This document shows positions 25,136 through 33,045 of a stretch of 37,380 nucleotides of DNA, in pieces. The translations under genes and the position numbers were made by a program. The notes beneath the pieces are model-generated. The model was not told the origin of the DNA, ran no database searches, and saw nothing but the letters and a program-made list of their open reading frames with translations. This DNA comes from a virus: the IMG/VR virus record IMGVR_UViG_3300045988_022742, positions 1 to 37,380 of that record; one strand, given 5' to 3'. Within the stretch, counting starts at the first letter, position 1. The number at the start of each line of letters is the position of its first letter.

Positions 25136-25215
25136 AATATAAAAGCCTAATTGTATGCCATTGTTGGTATTTAACATCTAATTTGGGAAGGACTTACTGA
25201 TAGGCTTTGTAAACA

Positions 25216-25291
25216 TGGTTGCAGGAGAAGGAATTGCACCGTTCGACCTCTAGCTAATAAGACTAGTGAGCTACTACTGCTCTATCCTGCT
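25216..25291 (-). tRNA. tRNA-like gene, anticodon UAU (decodes AUA), with initiator-tRNA-like acceptor and D-arm features. The T-stem is non-canonical.
   Basis: Hand-folded cloverleaf: AGCAGGA-UA-GAGC-AGUAGUA-GCUC-A-CUAGU-CUUAUUA-GCUAG-AGGUC-GAA(C)GG-UGCAAUU-CCUUC-UCCUGCA-A-CCA. The CCA end is encoded. Deviations: A1xA72 mismatch, no GG in the D-loop, U37, one bulged C in the T-stem. Confidence 0.55.
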
Positions 25292-25297
25292 AAAACA

Positions 25298-25306
25298 ATT
25301 ATTACA
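25298..25306 (-). promoter_or_regulatory. Candidate extended -10 (TGTAATAAT) 6 nt upstream of the tRNA 5' end
   Basis: RC of 25298-25306 reads TGTAATAAT. It lies between the ArpU terminator and the tRNA. Confidence 0.35.
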
Positions 25307-25308
25307 TG

Positions 25309-25331
25309 AAAAAATGCTCACATTGTGAGCA
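25309..25331 (-). terminator. Rho-independent terminator overlapping the ArpU-like gene stop codon
   Basis: - strand reads TGCTCAC-AAT-GTGAGCA followed by TTTTTT. Confidence 0.6.
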
Positions 25332-25644
25332 CTTTCTTTAAGTTCTTATTTATTTTTCTTGGAATCTCTTCTCTTGCATAACCTACAATATTAGATGTCT
25401 TTTCTGCGCTGAATCCCTTTATATATCTATACTCAATCATTGTTCGAGTTGTATCATCAAGTTGGCTTAATTTATCTTTTACATAGTTCATTCTTCTTGC
25501 ATAATCCGCATGAGCTAAGAATAGCTCGGCTTTTAAAGGATAAATTGCTTCATCCCTTTGTAGCTCTGCTATCTTTTGCTCATAATATGTGTATGATTGG
25601 CATTCACACAAGAAGTGTCTCTTAATATCTTCATACGTGCTCAT
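25318..25644 (-). CDS. ArpU/RinA-like late transcriptional regulator (sigma region-4-like HTH)
   Basis: The C-terminal MIEYRYIKGFSAEKTSNIVGYAREEIPRKINKNLKKV is HTH-like. It sits at the early/late boundary. Confidence 0.55.
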   Translation of the reverse strand: MSTYEDIKRHFLCECQSYTYYEQKIAELQRDEAIYPLKAELFLAHADYARRMNYVKDKLSQLDDTTRTMIEYRYIKGFSAEKTSNIVGYAREEIPRKINKNLKKVLTM

Positions 25645-25844
25645 GAACTGTATACCTTATACAATCTATCCTTTAATTCGCCAACTTCACTTCTTAATTT
25701 CTTGATTTCTTTAGCTTGAGTATGAATTGTTGCGTTTCTTTCTTTTAAAGTCTGCTCCAATTCAATATTCTTCCTTCCTAGTCTATTGTTTTTAGAAATT
25801 AACTCTTTAATCCTTTCTTCATAATTCATTTCTATTAAAACCAC
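25641..25844 (-). CDS. Coiled-coil 67-aa protein
   Basis: ORF track. ATGA coupling to the next gene. Confidence 0.6.
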   Translation of the reverse strand: MVLIEMNYEERIKELISKNNRLGRKNIELEQTLKERNATIHTQAKEIKKLRSEVGELKDRLYKVYSS

Positions 25845-25847
25845 CTC

Positions 25848-26330
25848 CTAGAATGGTAAATCATCTGAAGCAATATCTAAATCACTTCCATAATTATATT
25901 CTTGTTGTGCAATTTGTTGTGTTAAGCTTGGTTGCGTATATGTATTTTGAACACCATAAGTGTTGTTATTTACTTGATTTGGTTGTTGATATGTATTTAC
26001 ATTAGAATTGTAATTCTGCCCATTAGAAGCGCTTTTAGGTGGTAATTGTACGTTACTAGCTACCACCTCAGTGATATAAATTCTTTGCCCTTGTTGGTTC
26101 TCATAATTTCTAACACTGATTCTTCCTTCTACTGTAACTAAATCACCTTTCTTGCAATACATATTTACAATATCGGCTAATTTATTCCATGCCACACAAT
26201 TAATAAAATCTGTAGTGTCATTGTATCCATTTACTGCTACCGTAAACTTTGCTACGCTATTTCCATTTTGTGTTTTTGATAATTCAACATCTTTTGTTAG
26301 ATGTCCTGCTATTACTGCTACATTAATCAT
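25848..26330 (-). CDS. ssb: Single-stranded DNA-binding protein
   Basis: OB-fold N-terminus, Q/N-rich linker and acidic tail ending DDLPF. Confidence 0.9.
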   Translation of the reverse strand: MINVAVIAGHLTKDVELSKTQNGNSVAKFTVAVNGYNDTTDFINCVAWNKLADIVNMYCKKGDLVTVEGRISVRNYENQQGQRIYITEVVASNVQLPPKSASNGQNYNSNVNTYQQPNQVNNNTYGVQNTYTQPSLTQQIAQQEYNYGSDLDIASDDLPF

Positions 26331-26344
26331 TTTCTACCTCTTTT

Positions 26345-26767
26345 CTATCTTTTAATTACCTCGCAATTGTCTAAGATTTCACGAATTGGAATATTTGTAT
26401 CAACGTCTTTAAAATATCCCTTTTCACGCATTTTAAACAAATGTGTTTGATTTGCAATGTTATTATACGTTTTATAATCTTTATGCACGCTTAACAAATC
26501 ATACTCAAATTGAGTTAGCTTATATTTTGGCTTTTCATATGGTTTGTTTAACCATTCTTTAATCTTTTCACTGCATCCATATCCTGTACTAAATCCACAC
26601 TCTCTACAACTAACATCACTGCATTGACAAGGCTTTCCGTCGGCTAGTGCAAAACAGAAGCCGGAATTTTCTATGATTTCATCTTTAAAATGTTCATAAT
26701 TCGTTTCCTGTTTTATTTCTTGCTTTTCTTCTTCAAACATCTCTTTAGCAGTTTTCATCTTCGCCAT
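26345..26767 (-). CDS. Hypothetical Cys-containing protein (likely start at 26758)
   Basis: ORF track. The second ATG has better SD spacing. Confidence 0.6.
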   Translation of the reverse strand: MAKMKTAKEMFEEEKQEIKQETNYEHFKDEIIENSGFCFALADGKPCQCSDVSCRECGFSTGYGCSEKIKEWLNKPYEKPKYKLTQFEYDLLSVHKDYKTYNNIANQTHLFKMREKGYFKDVDTNIPIREILDNCEVIKR

Positions 26768-27065
26768 CTCCTTTCAACTTCTGCCCACAGAATGGACAAC
26801 GTGGATACAATTTCCCATCAGTTCTTGTAGCAATAACAATTGCGCCTTGTCCACAATTTGGACACACTAGATGGTAATCTCCAAAAATATCATCTTGTAT
26901 TTCTACCGGCATTTTAGGTGTTTCTTTATCAACTAATTCTTTTAACCAATCCATAGATTTAGACATTTCTTCCATAGTTGGCTTATATCCATCTTCTCTT
27001 TCTTCTCCACACATTAAGTGAAGCAATGTATCTATTACTTCAATAGCTTTTTGATATTTATTCAT
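26745..27065 (-). CDS. Zinc-ribbon protein (CPNC...CPFC)
   Basis: ORF track. Two CxxC pairs. Confidence 0.6.
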   Translation of the reverse strand: MNKYQKAIEVIDTLLHLMCGEEREDGYKPTMEEMSKSMDWLKELVDKETPKMPVEIQDDIFGDYHLVCPNCGQGAIVIATRTDGKLYPRCPFCGQKLKGDGEDENC

Positions 27066-27324
27066 ATGCCTTTATCTCCTCTTTTAATTCATTGATAGCC
27101 TGTTTAACTTGTTTCAAATCTAAATCTACATTACTAACTAAATCTGCCATACAATTATTAGAATAGCTTTGTAAAGCCGATTCTAGCGTTGTATGGTAAG
27201 AGATAGGCTTTTGTACGTCTATCTCATTTCCTTCTTTATCCTTACCCTTTACGAACGTTACAAGGGCGAATGAACCACCGCTAGAAGTGATTGCATAATT
27301 ATTTTGTAATCTAATCATTTTCAT
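27058..27324 (-). CDS. Hypothetical protein
   Basis: ORF track. SD is AAGGAGAATGAAA. Confidence 0.6.
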   Translation of the reverse strand: MKMIRLQNNYAITSSGGSFALVTFVKGKDKEGNEIDVQKPISYHTTLESALQSYSNNCMADLVSNVDLDLKQVKQAINELKEEIKAYE

Positions 27325-27331
27325 TCTCCTT

Positions 27332-27631
27332 TTAACTCATTAATTTATTTTTGTAACGATTATCCAATTCTTCCATAACATGCTTTCCACCATATAGTTT
27401 CGATGCGTAAACAATGTAGTCTAATTCATCTAGCATACTGTTCATCAAGTCTTTATTGGTACAGACAAATTTAATATTCTTTTGCAAAGATAAATAAGTT
27501 TGCTCAATTTGTTTATCAATTTCAGAAGCACTACTTTTATCCAATCTGATAAAAGTATTTATTTTTATGACATCTTCTCTTTGCTTTTTTCTTTCCTTTT
27601 CTAAGTTTTTTTTCAATTCTTCATTATTCAT
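27332..27631 (-). CDS. Hypothetical protein
   Basis: ORF track. SD is GAAGGAGAAAG. Confidence 0.6.
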   Translation of the reverse strand: MNNEELKKNLEKERKKQREDVIKINTFIRLDKSSASEIDKQIEQTYLSLQKNIKFVCTNKDLMNSMLDELDYIVYASKLYGGKHVMEELDNRYKNKLMS

Positions 27632-27915
27632 TTTCTTTCTCCTTCATAAACACTGTCCATCGTGTTTGCCTCTCTAATACAATTTAAATTGAGTAAAAAT
27701 TCTTTCTTCAAAACGATTTGGTTTGCCTTTCTTTCTACAATTTTGTGCAAACTACATATTCTGCTATTATCAACTTCTGATAAGCAGTCAGATTCTTTTA
27801 AAACATTCTCCAACTCATCTTTATACTTTTTTAGACATTCTGTGTCATCATCAATTTCTATAGTGTACATTTCAATTAAAGAATCAAGTCCTTCTTCAAT
27901 CCTTGTTTTAATCAT
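27628..27915 (-). CDS. Hypothetical protein
   Basis: ORF track. SD is AAAGGAGCAAG. Confidence 0.6.
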   Translation of the reverse strand: MIKTRIEEGLDSLIEMYTIEIDDDTECLKKYKDELENVLKESDCLSEVDNSRICSLHKIVERKANQIVLKKEFLLNLNCIREANTMDSVYEGERK

Positions 27916-28145
27916 TGTTCTTGCTCCTTTAGCTTTTTAACAAATTCATCGGTTTCTTTTTTGATTTGTACCGCTTTTTTTAGTTTCCTCAAATTTGCGT
28001 TTTGCTTTTTTCTCAGTTTCTTCATAATTAATTCTTGTTCTTTTTTTGAATCATCCTCAAGCATTTGTCTGAATTGTTCTTTAACCTTTTTTTTATACTC
28101 TTCTTCTGTGAGTCTGTTTTTTTCTAATAATTCTTTTTCTTCCAT
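27912..28145 (-). CDS. Lys/Glu-rich coiled-coil protein
   Basis: ORF track. SD is GAGGAGGATG. Confidence 0.6.
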   Translation of the reverse strand: MEEKELLEKNRLTEEEYKKKVKEQFRQMLEDDSKKEQELIMKKLRKKQNANLRKLKKAVQIKKETDEFVKKLKEQEQ

Positions 28146-28316
28146 TTAAAAATCATCCTCCTCATTTGAATCATCATTAATAATTGCGTTCCACAGATAT
28201 TCAATACGTTCTCTGTATTCTTCCTTTGTGATTTCTGATAAAGGTTTATTGAATCCTGTAGGTAATAACTTAAATCCGAATTCTTTTTCAAATTCATCTA
28301 AATCTTTTTCTGTCAT
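28146..28316 (-). CDS. Hypothetical acidic 56-aa protein (MTEKDLDEFEKEFGF...)
   Basis: Hand-translated and below the track cutoff. ATGA overlap upstream; the stop codon abuts the next ATG. Confidence 0.55.
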   Translation of the reverse strand: MTEKDLDEFEKEFGFKLLPTGFNKPLSEITKEEYRERIEYLWNAIINDDSNEEDDF

Positions 28317-28564
28317 ACTTCAACATCCTCATCTTGTGGCATTTGGAATGTTTCACCGTATGAACATTCGTACCATTCTTGAATATCGTTTAAAACTGCT
28401 AAAGCTTTATATTTAGTAGTATATGTACCTAGACTAACGCTTATACCGCTTTTACCGCTTAATGTAATCACTCCATATTTAACGCCGTGTTCTTCAACTG
28501 CGAAAAAGTCGCAATCCATTAAAATTTTTCCATCTTGGCTTCTAATCCACATATTAATACCCAC
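28313..28564 (-). CDS. Hypothetical protein
   Basis: ORF track. The start is uncertain (GTG at 28564 or ATG at 28552). Confidence 0.55.
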   Translation of the reverse strand: MGINMWIRSQDGKILMDCDFFAVEEHGVKYGVITLSGKSGISVSLGTYTTKYKALAVLNDIQEWYECSYGETFQMPQDEDVEV

Positions 28565-29135
28565 TTTCTAGTCTTTGATAATTCACTTTGTTTTTATCGC
28601 AATATGCTTTATATACATCTTCAATACTGAATCCTAAAAATAAACTAATGAAGATAAGTTTTATAATTCTAAAATTTTTGCACTTTATCAAGCTAACTAA
28701 TTTATCGGCAAATCCTGTTCGCATTACTTCACTACAACAAACTTTTATTTGGTCGTTAATTCTAGACATTTGTTTTTCATAAATGTAGTCTTTTTTCACA
28801 AAATGGTTGCTATGGCTTAATACAAAATGCCAAATATCAACTAATTCTTCTAGAACTTTTTCTTTATCAACCGGTGCTTGTGTATTCTTCCACCAACACC
28901 ACTCACCTTTTAATTCATGTGTTAATTCACCAATTTCATCGAGTATTGCTATATTCAAGAAATCTTCATTAATTTCTGAGATGTTATGTTCTTTTAAAAT
29001 TTGCTCATCTAACTTTTCTTGCATTTGTAGCATTATTTTTATCAATTCAACATCATGCTTATTTATGCGGTACATTTCTTTTCGCTCTTTAATACTCATT
29101 TCTTTTAATCTTTCTTTGTAATCTTTACTTGTCAT
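28554..29135 (-). CDS. All-alpha NTP pyrophosphatase, dimeric dUTPase-like
   Basis: LDEIGELTHELKGEWCWWK...EELVDIWHFVLS resembles the dUTPase_2/MazG-like motif. Confidence 0.5.
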   Translation of the reverse strand: MTSKDYKERLKEMSIKERKEMYRINKHDVELIKIMLQMQEKLDEQILKEHNISEINEDFLNIAILDEIGELTHELKGEWCWWKNTQAPVDKEKVLEELVDIWHFVLSHSNHFVKKDYIYEKQMSRINDQIKVCCSEVMRTGFADKLVSLIKCKNFRIIKLIFISLFLGFSIEDVYKAYCDKNKVNYQRLESGY

Positions 29136-29583
29136 GTCTTTCGACCTCTCTTTCTAAATACCATAATGCCTTTTTCAAATCTTCTAATTCCGCTTCTTTG
29201 TATGGAGCACGTGATACATATTTAATTACATTTCCTAAATTAAAATTAAGGTTATGTGATTCAATGTAATCAATTGGCTCAATACCATGAGCACTGTAAT
29301 GTTGTGGATGATTGACCATGTCGATTTCATCATGTTCTTTTGGCTCAAAATGACTTGTTGATTTACTGCAACTCACGCATGGTTCATCAATTGCAGAATC
29401 ATGTTCGTATTTACATCTTATACATTTATTTAGTCCTTTTTCTTCTTTAGGCTCAAAGTAGTTTATTTTTCCTAATACAACTAATTTTCTTTCTTTAAAT
29501 CTCCATCTGCATACATTACAAGGATGTTCTTCTTTTGATAAATATTCGTATTTACATTCATCACATTTATGTTCTTTATTCAT
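29125..29583 (-). CDS. DUF3310-domain protein (T7 gp1.7 nucleotide-kinase family) with two N-terminal Cys4 zinc ribbons
   Basis: VNHPQHY...IEPIDYI...GNVIKYVSRAPYK...DLKKALWYLE matches the DUF3310 pattern. Confidence 0.6.
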   Translation of the reverse strand: MNKEHKCDECKYEYLSKEEHPCNVCRWRFKERKLVVLGKINYFEPKEEKGLNKCIRCKYEHDSAIDEPCVSCSKSTSHFEPKEHDEIDMVNHPQHYSAHGIEPIDYIESHNLNFNLGNVIKYVSRAPYKEAELEDLKKALWYLEREVERHDK

Positions 29584-29585
29584 TT

Positions 29586-30203
29586 TTATACCTCTGCATA
29601 TCTAACTCCTAAACTATTCTTTACAATTCCACGCAACATAATTGATATTGCAGTAGGTGTATATCCTGTGTTCCTTGCACATTGTGCAATTGATTCATAT
29701 TCAACTCCATTCAATACCACTTTCTTTTGACATACCTTGCCACCGTCAACACCATTGTTCACAAGATATAAGTTTTTAACGTGTTTCTTTCCTTTTAAGC
29801 GAACTTTGTAACTTCTGCTCAAATCACCGATAAATGCTTTATATGCTAATCTGTATAGTTGATACATCTTCCCATTTATACAAACTCTGTAAGCTCCTTT
29901 ATCAAATGAAGGATGAATCTTGCTTTTAACTCCATCTTTGCTAACCGAAATTACATTTAAACGATTTGAAATGTACCATCTTCTGCCTGTCTTGGATGTT
30001 TCAATTAATTCGTACATTTCTGTATCGCTCGCTTTCTTTTCGTCTGCTTCATCTTCAATCAATACACATCCTTTATAAAGTCGTTGATACATAACGTGTG
30101 CTTCAAATTGTGCTTTCGTTAACCCTAACTCATCCATTACCTTTTTGTCACTTACAAACCCTTTAAATTCATTTGTATACGGTTCTAACATCATGTAATC
30201 CAT
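29586..30203 (-). CDS. Homing-endonuclease-like DNA-binding protein (NUMOD4/HNH_3-like core, NUMOD1-like C-terminal HTH); catalytic His apparently absent
   Basis: WYISNRLNVISVSKDG...YRVCINGKMYQLYRLAYKAFIG and LNGVEYESIAQCARNTGYTPTAISIML. Confidence 0.4.
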   Translation of the reverse strand: MDYMMLEPYTNEFKGFVSDKKVMDELGLTKAQFEAHVMYQRLYKGCVLIEDEADEKKASDTEMYELIETSKTGRRWYISNRLNVISVSKDGVKSKIHPSFDKGAYRVCINGKMYQLYRLAYKAFIGDLSRSYKVRLKGKKHVKNLYLVNNGVDGGKVCQKKVVLNGVEYESIAQCARNTGYTPTAISIMLRGIVKNSLGVRYAEV

Positions 30204-30461
30204 TTATTTAACCTCATCAAAATCTGAATAATATTCAACGCTTACGACTTCACCATGCTTCGTTTGCAGTTCTATTATTCTTTTTTCTAGCTCTTTGTTT
30301 TGATATTCAAGTGTCCTAATCTTGCGTCTGTATTCTTCATATTTGAATATACATTTACAAGCTTTATCCTGTTCTTCTTGAATCCTTTTTCCTACTAATA
30401 TGCTATATAGAAGAAGTGTTGCAAAACTTCCACATATAAACCCACAAATCCAATTAATCAT
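30204..30461 (-). CDS. Small membrane protein with a coiled-coil tail
   Basis: ORF track. N-terminal TM segment. Confidence 0.6.
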   Translation of the reverse strand: MINWICGFICGSFATLLLYSILVGKRIQEEQDKACKCIFKYEEYRRKIRTLEYQNKELEKRIIELQTKHGEVVSVEYYSDFDEVK

Positions 30462-30797
30462 TTAATCCCCTTCTAGCTCTAATTTATCGATTGAAAGTTT
30501 CAATTTTTCTGCGTATAGCGTAATGTATATCATTCTGTCTAAATCAGTTTCACTTAAATCATAAATATATGATTGTAATTCGCTTGATAGACAGTTTAGT
30601 AAAGTCTCTTTATTTATGAAATCATCTGATATTCTTTCAATTCGCTCAGTAAGTTCTGATGTCATTTGTAATACATCTCTTATTCCTTCAAACATCATTT
30701 TTTCTTCTTGAGGTTCTTTATACAAAATAGATTTAATACGTTCATTTACTTTATTGTTGATTATGATTAAAGCTTTTATTTTGTTATCCATATTCAT
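30462..30797 (-). CDS. Hypothetical protein
   Basis: ORF track. Confidence 0.6.
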   Translation of the reverse strand: MNMDNKIKALIIINNKVNERIKSILYKEPQEEKMMFEGIRDVLQMTSELTERIERISDDFINKETLLNCLSSELQSYIYDLSETDLDRMIYITLYAEKLKLSIDKLELEGD

Positions 30798-30804
30798 TCC
30801 CTTT

Positions 30805-31560
30805 CTACGCTCTTAATATTTCTTTCCTTACTCGTTCCATTTCTTTCTGTACATCTGCATACGATTGATTGCTTTCTTGTGCATAGAATTTAGAATCAAG
30901 TTTTACAGGATTGTTCTTATTTCTTTTCATCCATTCATCATGTACCCACTTTTGTAGTACTAATGAATGGTTCTTGTATTTCTTTCCGGATGTTTCAATA
31001 TATTCATCTAATATCTTTATATGCTCATCTAATGAATCACCATATAAATCTAATAGGTGTGTGTGTTCTTTATCTGTTAAAAGAACGTGTTTGAATTCTC
31101 CGTATTTGTGTTTACTTTGTTTATTAGTATTTTTGTTATTAGTATTTGGTTTATTAGTATATTTATAAGTACCTACATTTTGTAAACCTACATCTTGTAA
31201 CCCTACATTATGTAGACCTACATTTTGTATGTCTTGCTCAAGAGGTACGTTTTGTGGGTCTTGAGGTGTTTCACTGAAAATGTATTGATATTCAATTTTA
31301 CTTCTTCCGTCTTTATTTGGATAAAGCTTTTCTATTCTTAAATACCCATTTTCTTTTAATTCAGATAATGCTCCATTTACTGCTCTTTCACCATCTTTTA
31401 CAATTCCAACTAATCCATTTACTGTATAATGCCAATCATCCGGTAAACTAAGAACAACACTTAATAAGCCTATTGCTTTAAGTGATAAGCGTTTATCTTT
31501 TAAATGTGTATTGCTCATCACTGTATAGTTTCTATTCTTAATAACTCTAATTACTGCTAT
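30805..31560 (-). CDS. Replication initiator/replisome organiser with an N-terminal winged-helix domain (251 aa from ATA at 31560)
   Basis: YTVMSNTHLKDKRLSLKAIGLLSVVLSLPDDWHY...LSELKENGYL is the typical Rep N-terminal domain. ATA lies 8 nt after GGAGG. The TTG and GTG alternatives sit on or inside the SD. Confidence 0.7.
   Translation of the reverse strand: MAVIRVIKNRNYTVMSNTHLKDKRLSLKAIGLLSVVLSLPDDWHYTVNGLVGIVKDGERAVNGALSELKENGYLRIEKLYPNKDGRSKIEYQYIFSETPQDPQNVPLEQDIQNVGLHNVGLQDVGLQNVGTYKYTNKPNTNNKNTNKQSKHKYGEFKHVLLTDKEHTHLLDLYGDSLDEHIKILDEYIETSGKKYKNHSLVLQKWVHDEWMKRNKNNPVKLDSKFYAQESNQSYADVQKEMERVRKEILRA
31121..31231. repeat. Probable origin of replication inside the rep gene: 3 x 15-bp AT-rich repeats (ttattagtat core) then 4 x 15-bp iterons CCTACATYTTGTARN
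   Basis: Read directly. AT-rich repeat copies start at 31121, 31136 and 31151. Iterons occupy 31172-31231. Confidence 0.7.
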
Positions 31561-31909
31561 TTTGCTCACCTCCAAGCACTACTACTTGCTTTAGGATTTC
31601 ATCAATAATTTTGCCGATATATTCTAGATAGCAATTTATCTCAATATCGTTATAAGGCGCTTCAAGTTTGTACAATGCTTTATATATTGCTTTAACTCCT
31701 ACTCTATATAGTCCATCTTTTGTATAGCTATTACATCCATTTAGCATATACGTAAATTCTTCGGTAATATCATGAACTGTACACGCTTCATTAAATACAT
31801 CCTTTGAATTTGTATCTCCTATGCTTCTTTCTGCAATTTGATAAAACAAATTAAATTCATCAAAGTAAACTTGCTTTGCTACGTTTACTGCCATTTCTTG
31901 CTCTCTCAT
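31547..31909 (-). CDS. Hypothetical protein
   Basis: ORF track. SD is GAGGTAGAAATC. Confidence 0.6.
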   Translation of the reverse strand: MREQEMAVNVAKQVYFDEFNLFYQIAERSIGDTNSKDVFNEACTVHDITEEFTYMLNGCNSYTKDGLYRVGVKAIYKALYKLEAPYNDIEINCYLEYIGKIIDEILKQVVVLGGEQNSSN

Positions 31910-32298
31910 ATGATTTCTACCTCTATCCTTGGATTCTCCTTATCTGTAAATACTGAATGATTCACTTGATTAATGTATTTTCTTGAATCATCCTCAAGTA
32001 TTCCTGTTCTAACTAATGAATCTTGAATGAATTTAGTTGCAAATGTTACGTTATCAACATCACGCCTTGAATTCGGTTCATACCAATTAATATTTAATTT
32101 GATAGGATAGTTTTTAACTTCGTAAACTTCGCCAAAGTTTACTGCCTGTAAGATATAAGCCATTACAAGACGCTCGTTCTTTTTCTTCATTTCTGCTCCT
32201 TTGTAACGATTTGCTCTGCAAGCATTAATATATTCATTCAATCCATCAAGCTTCCCTTTTATTACAAACTTTATTTTTCTCACCCTTGATTCCTTCAT
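31906..32298 (-). CDS. rusA: RusA-family Holliday junction resolvase (start uncertain: ATG 32298, GTG 32283 or ATA 32274)
   Basis: SRRDVDNVTFATKFIQDSLVRTGILEDDSRKYI matches the RusA RRDxDN...DD motif. Confidence 0.7.
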   Translation of the reverse strand: MKESRVRKIKFVIKGKLDGLNEYINACRANRYKGAEMKKKNERLVMAYILQAVNFGEVYEVKNYPIKLNINWYEPNSRRDVDNVTFATKFIQDSLVRTGILEDDSRKYINQVNHSVFTDKENPRIEVEII

Positions 32299-32809
32299 CT
32301 AAGTAATATTGAGTACTGATTCCTAATTGTTCTGCATAATCTAATATGCAATCAATTAAGACTCCCATTTGCTTTGTATCCATTTGTGAGCTACCTAGAA
32401 ACAATCTACAATTCACAAATTCATTTCCATTGTCTCTTATCTCAGTACCTAATATTTGCACCGCTCTAACTCCATGTGCTTGAGCCAACGAATCAACACC
32501 ATCTTTCAAAACTGAAACATATGTATATAAAGCTTTTGCCATTCTCAAGAATTCGCAGTACATATCCCATGTATCGTTATAACTTGCGTTTTCGTTATCG
32601 CTTATTTCCTTGATTAATGCCCACATAAGCCGATTCTGATTGTTCGTACGTAAATGTTTAACAGAATCTATAATCACGCTATATGCCCCTTTTTCGAGCG
32701 TCTGAGCATATGATTCGTATATTGGCTCAGTTAATTCAAATGTTATTTCTAGGTTTCCATCTTCATTTCTTGATTTTCGGATGAAGTTACCTATTAATTT
32801 TGTTTTCAA
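32246..32809 (-). CDS. Replication/recombination-module protein of unknown function
   Basis: ORF track. TTG start overlapping the upstream TGA. Confidence 0.55.
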   Translation of the reverse strand: MKTKLIGNFIRKSRNEDGNLEITFELTEPIYESYAQTLEKGAYSVIIDSVKHLRTNNQNRLMWALIKEISDNENASYNDTWDMYCEFLRMAKALYTYVSVLKDGVDSLAQAHGVRAVQILGTEIRDNGNEFVNCRLFLGSSQMDTKQMGVLIDCILDYAEQLGISTQYYLDEGIKGEKNKVCNKREA

Positions 32810-33036
32810 AATGGAATGCGCTCCATTTCCTCAAATTTTTGAAGTCTGAAAAGTTCTTTCTGTTCTTCCGTAATCCCTAGCTCTTTCATTTTATTAACAT
32901 CCGTCCATGAATCTTGATATGGATTGAAATTCTCATCCATGATGTAATTTTCTAATTCTTCAATTCTTTTAGCTTGAGAATAATAGACTTCTCTAGGATA
33001 TGATTCTTCACCCTTAATAACATTGTATGAATACAT
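32806..33036 (-). CDS. Hypothetical protein
   Basis: ORF track. SD is TAGGAGGTAAAT. Confidence 0.6.
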   Translation of the reverse strand: MYSYNVIKGEESYPREVYYSQAKRIEELENYIMDENFNPYQDSWTDVNKMKELGITEEQKELFRLQKFEEMERIPF

Positions 33037-33045
33037 ATTTACCTC

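Noticed and set aside
25141-25208. Possible second tRNA after the tRNA-like gene (perfect 7-8-bp acceptor-like helix)
   Set aside because: The enclosed ~50 nt is too short, and I could not form D, anticodon or T arms.
31121-31231. Regularly spaced 15-bp repeats as a possible CRISPR array
   Set aside because: The repeats are contiguous with no spacers and lie in-frame inside the rep gene, so they are iterons or an origin rather than CRISPR.
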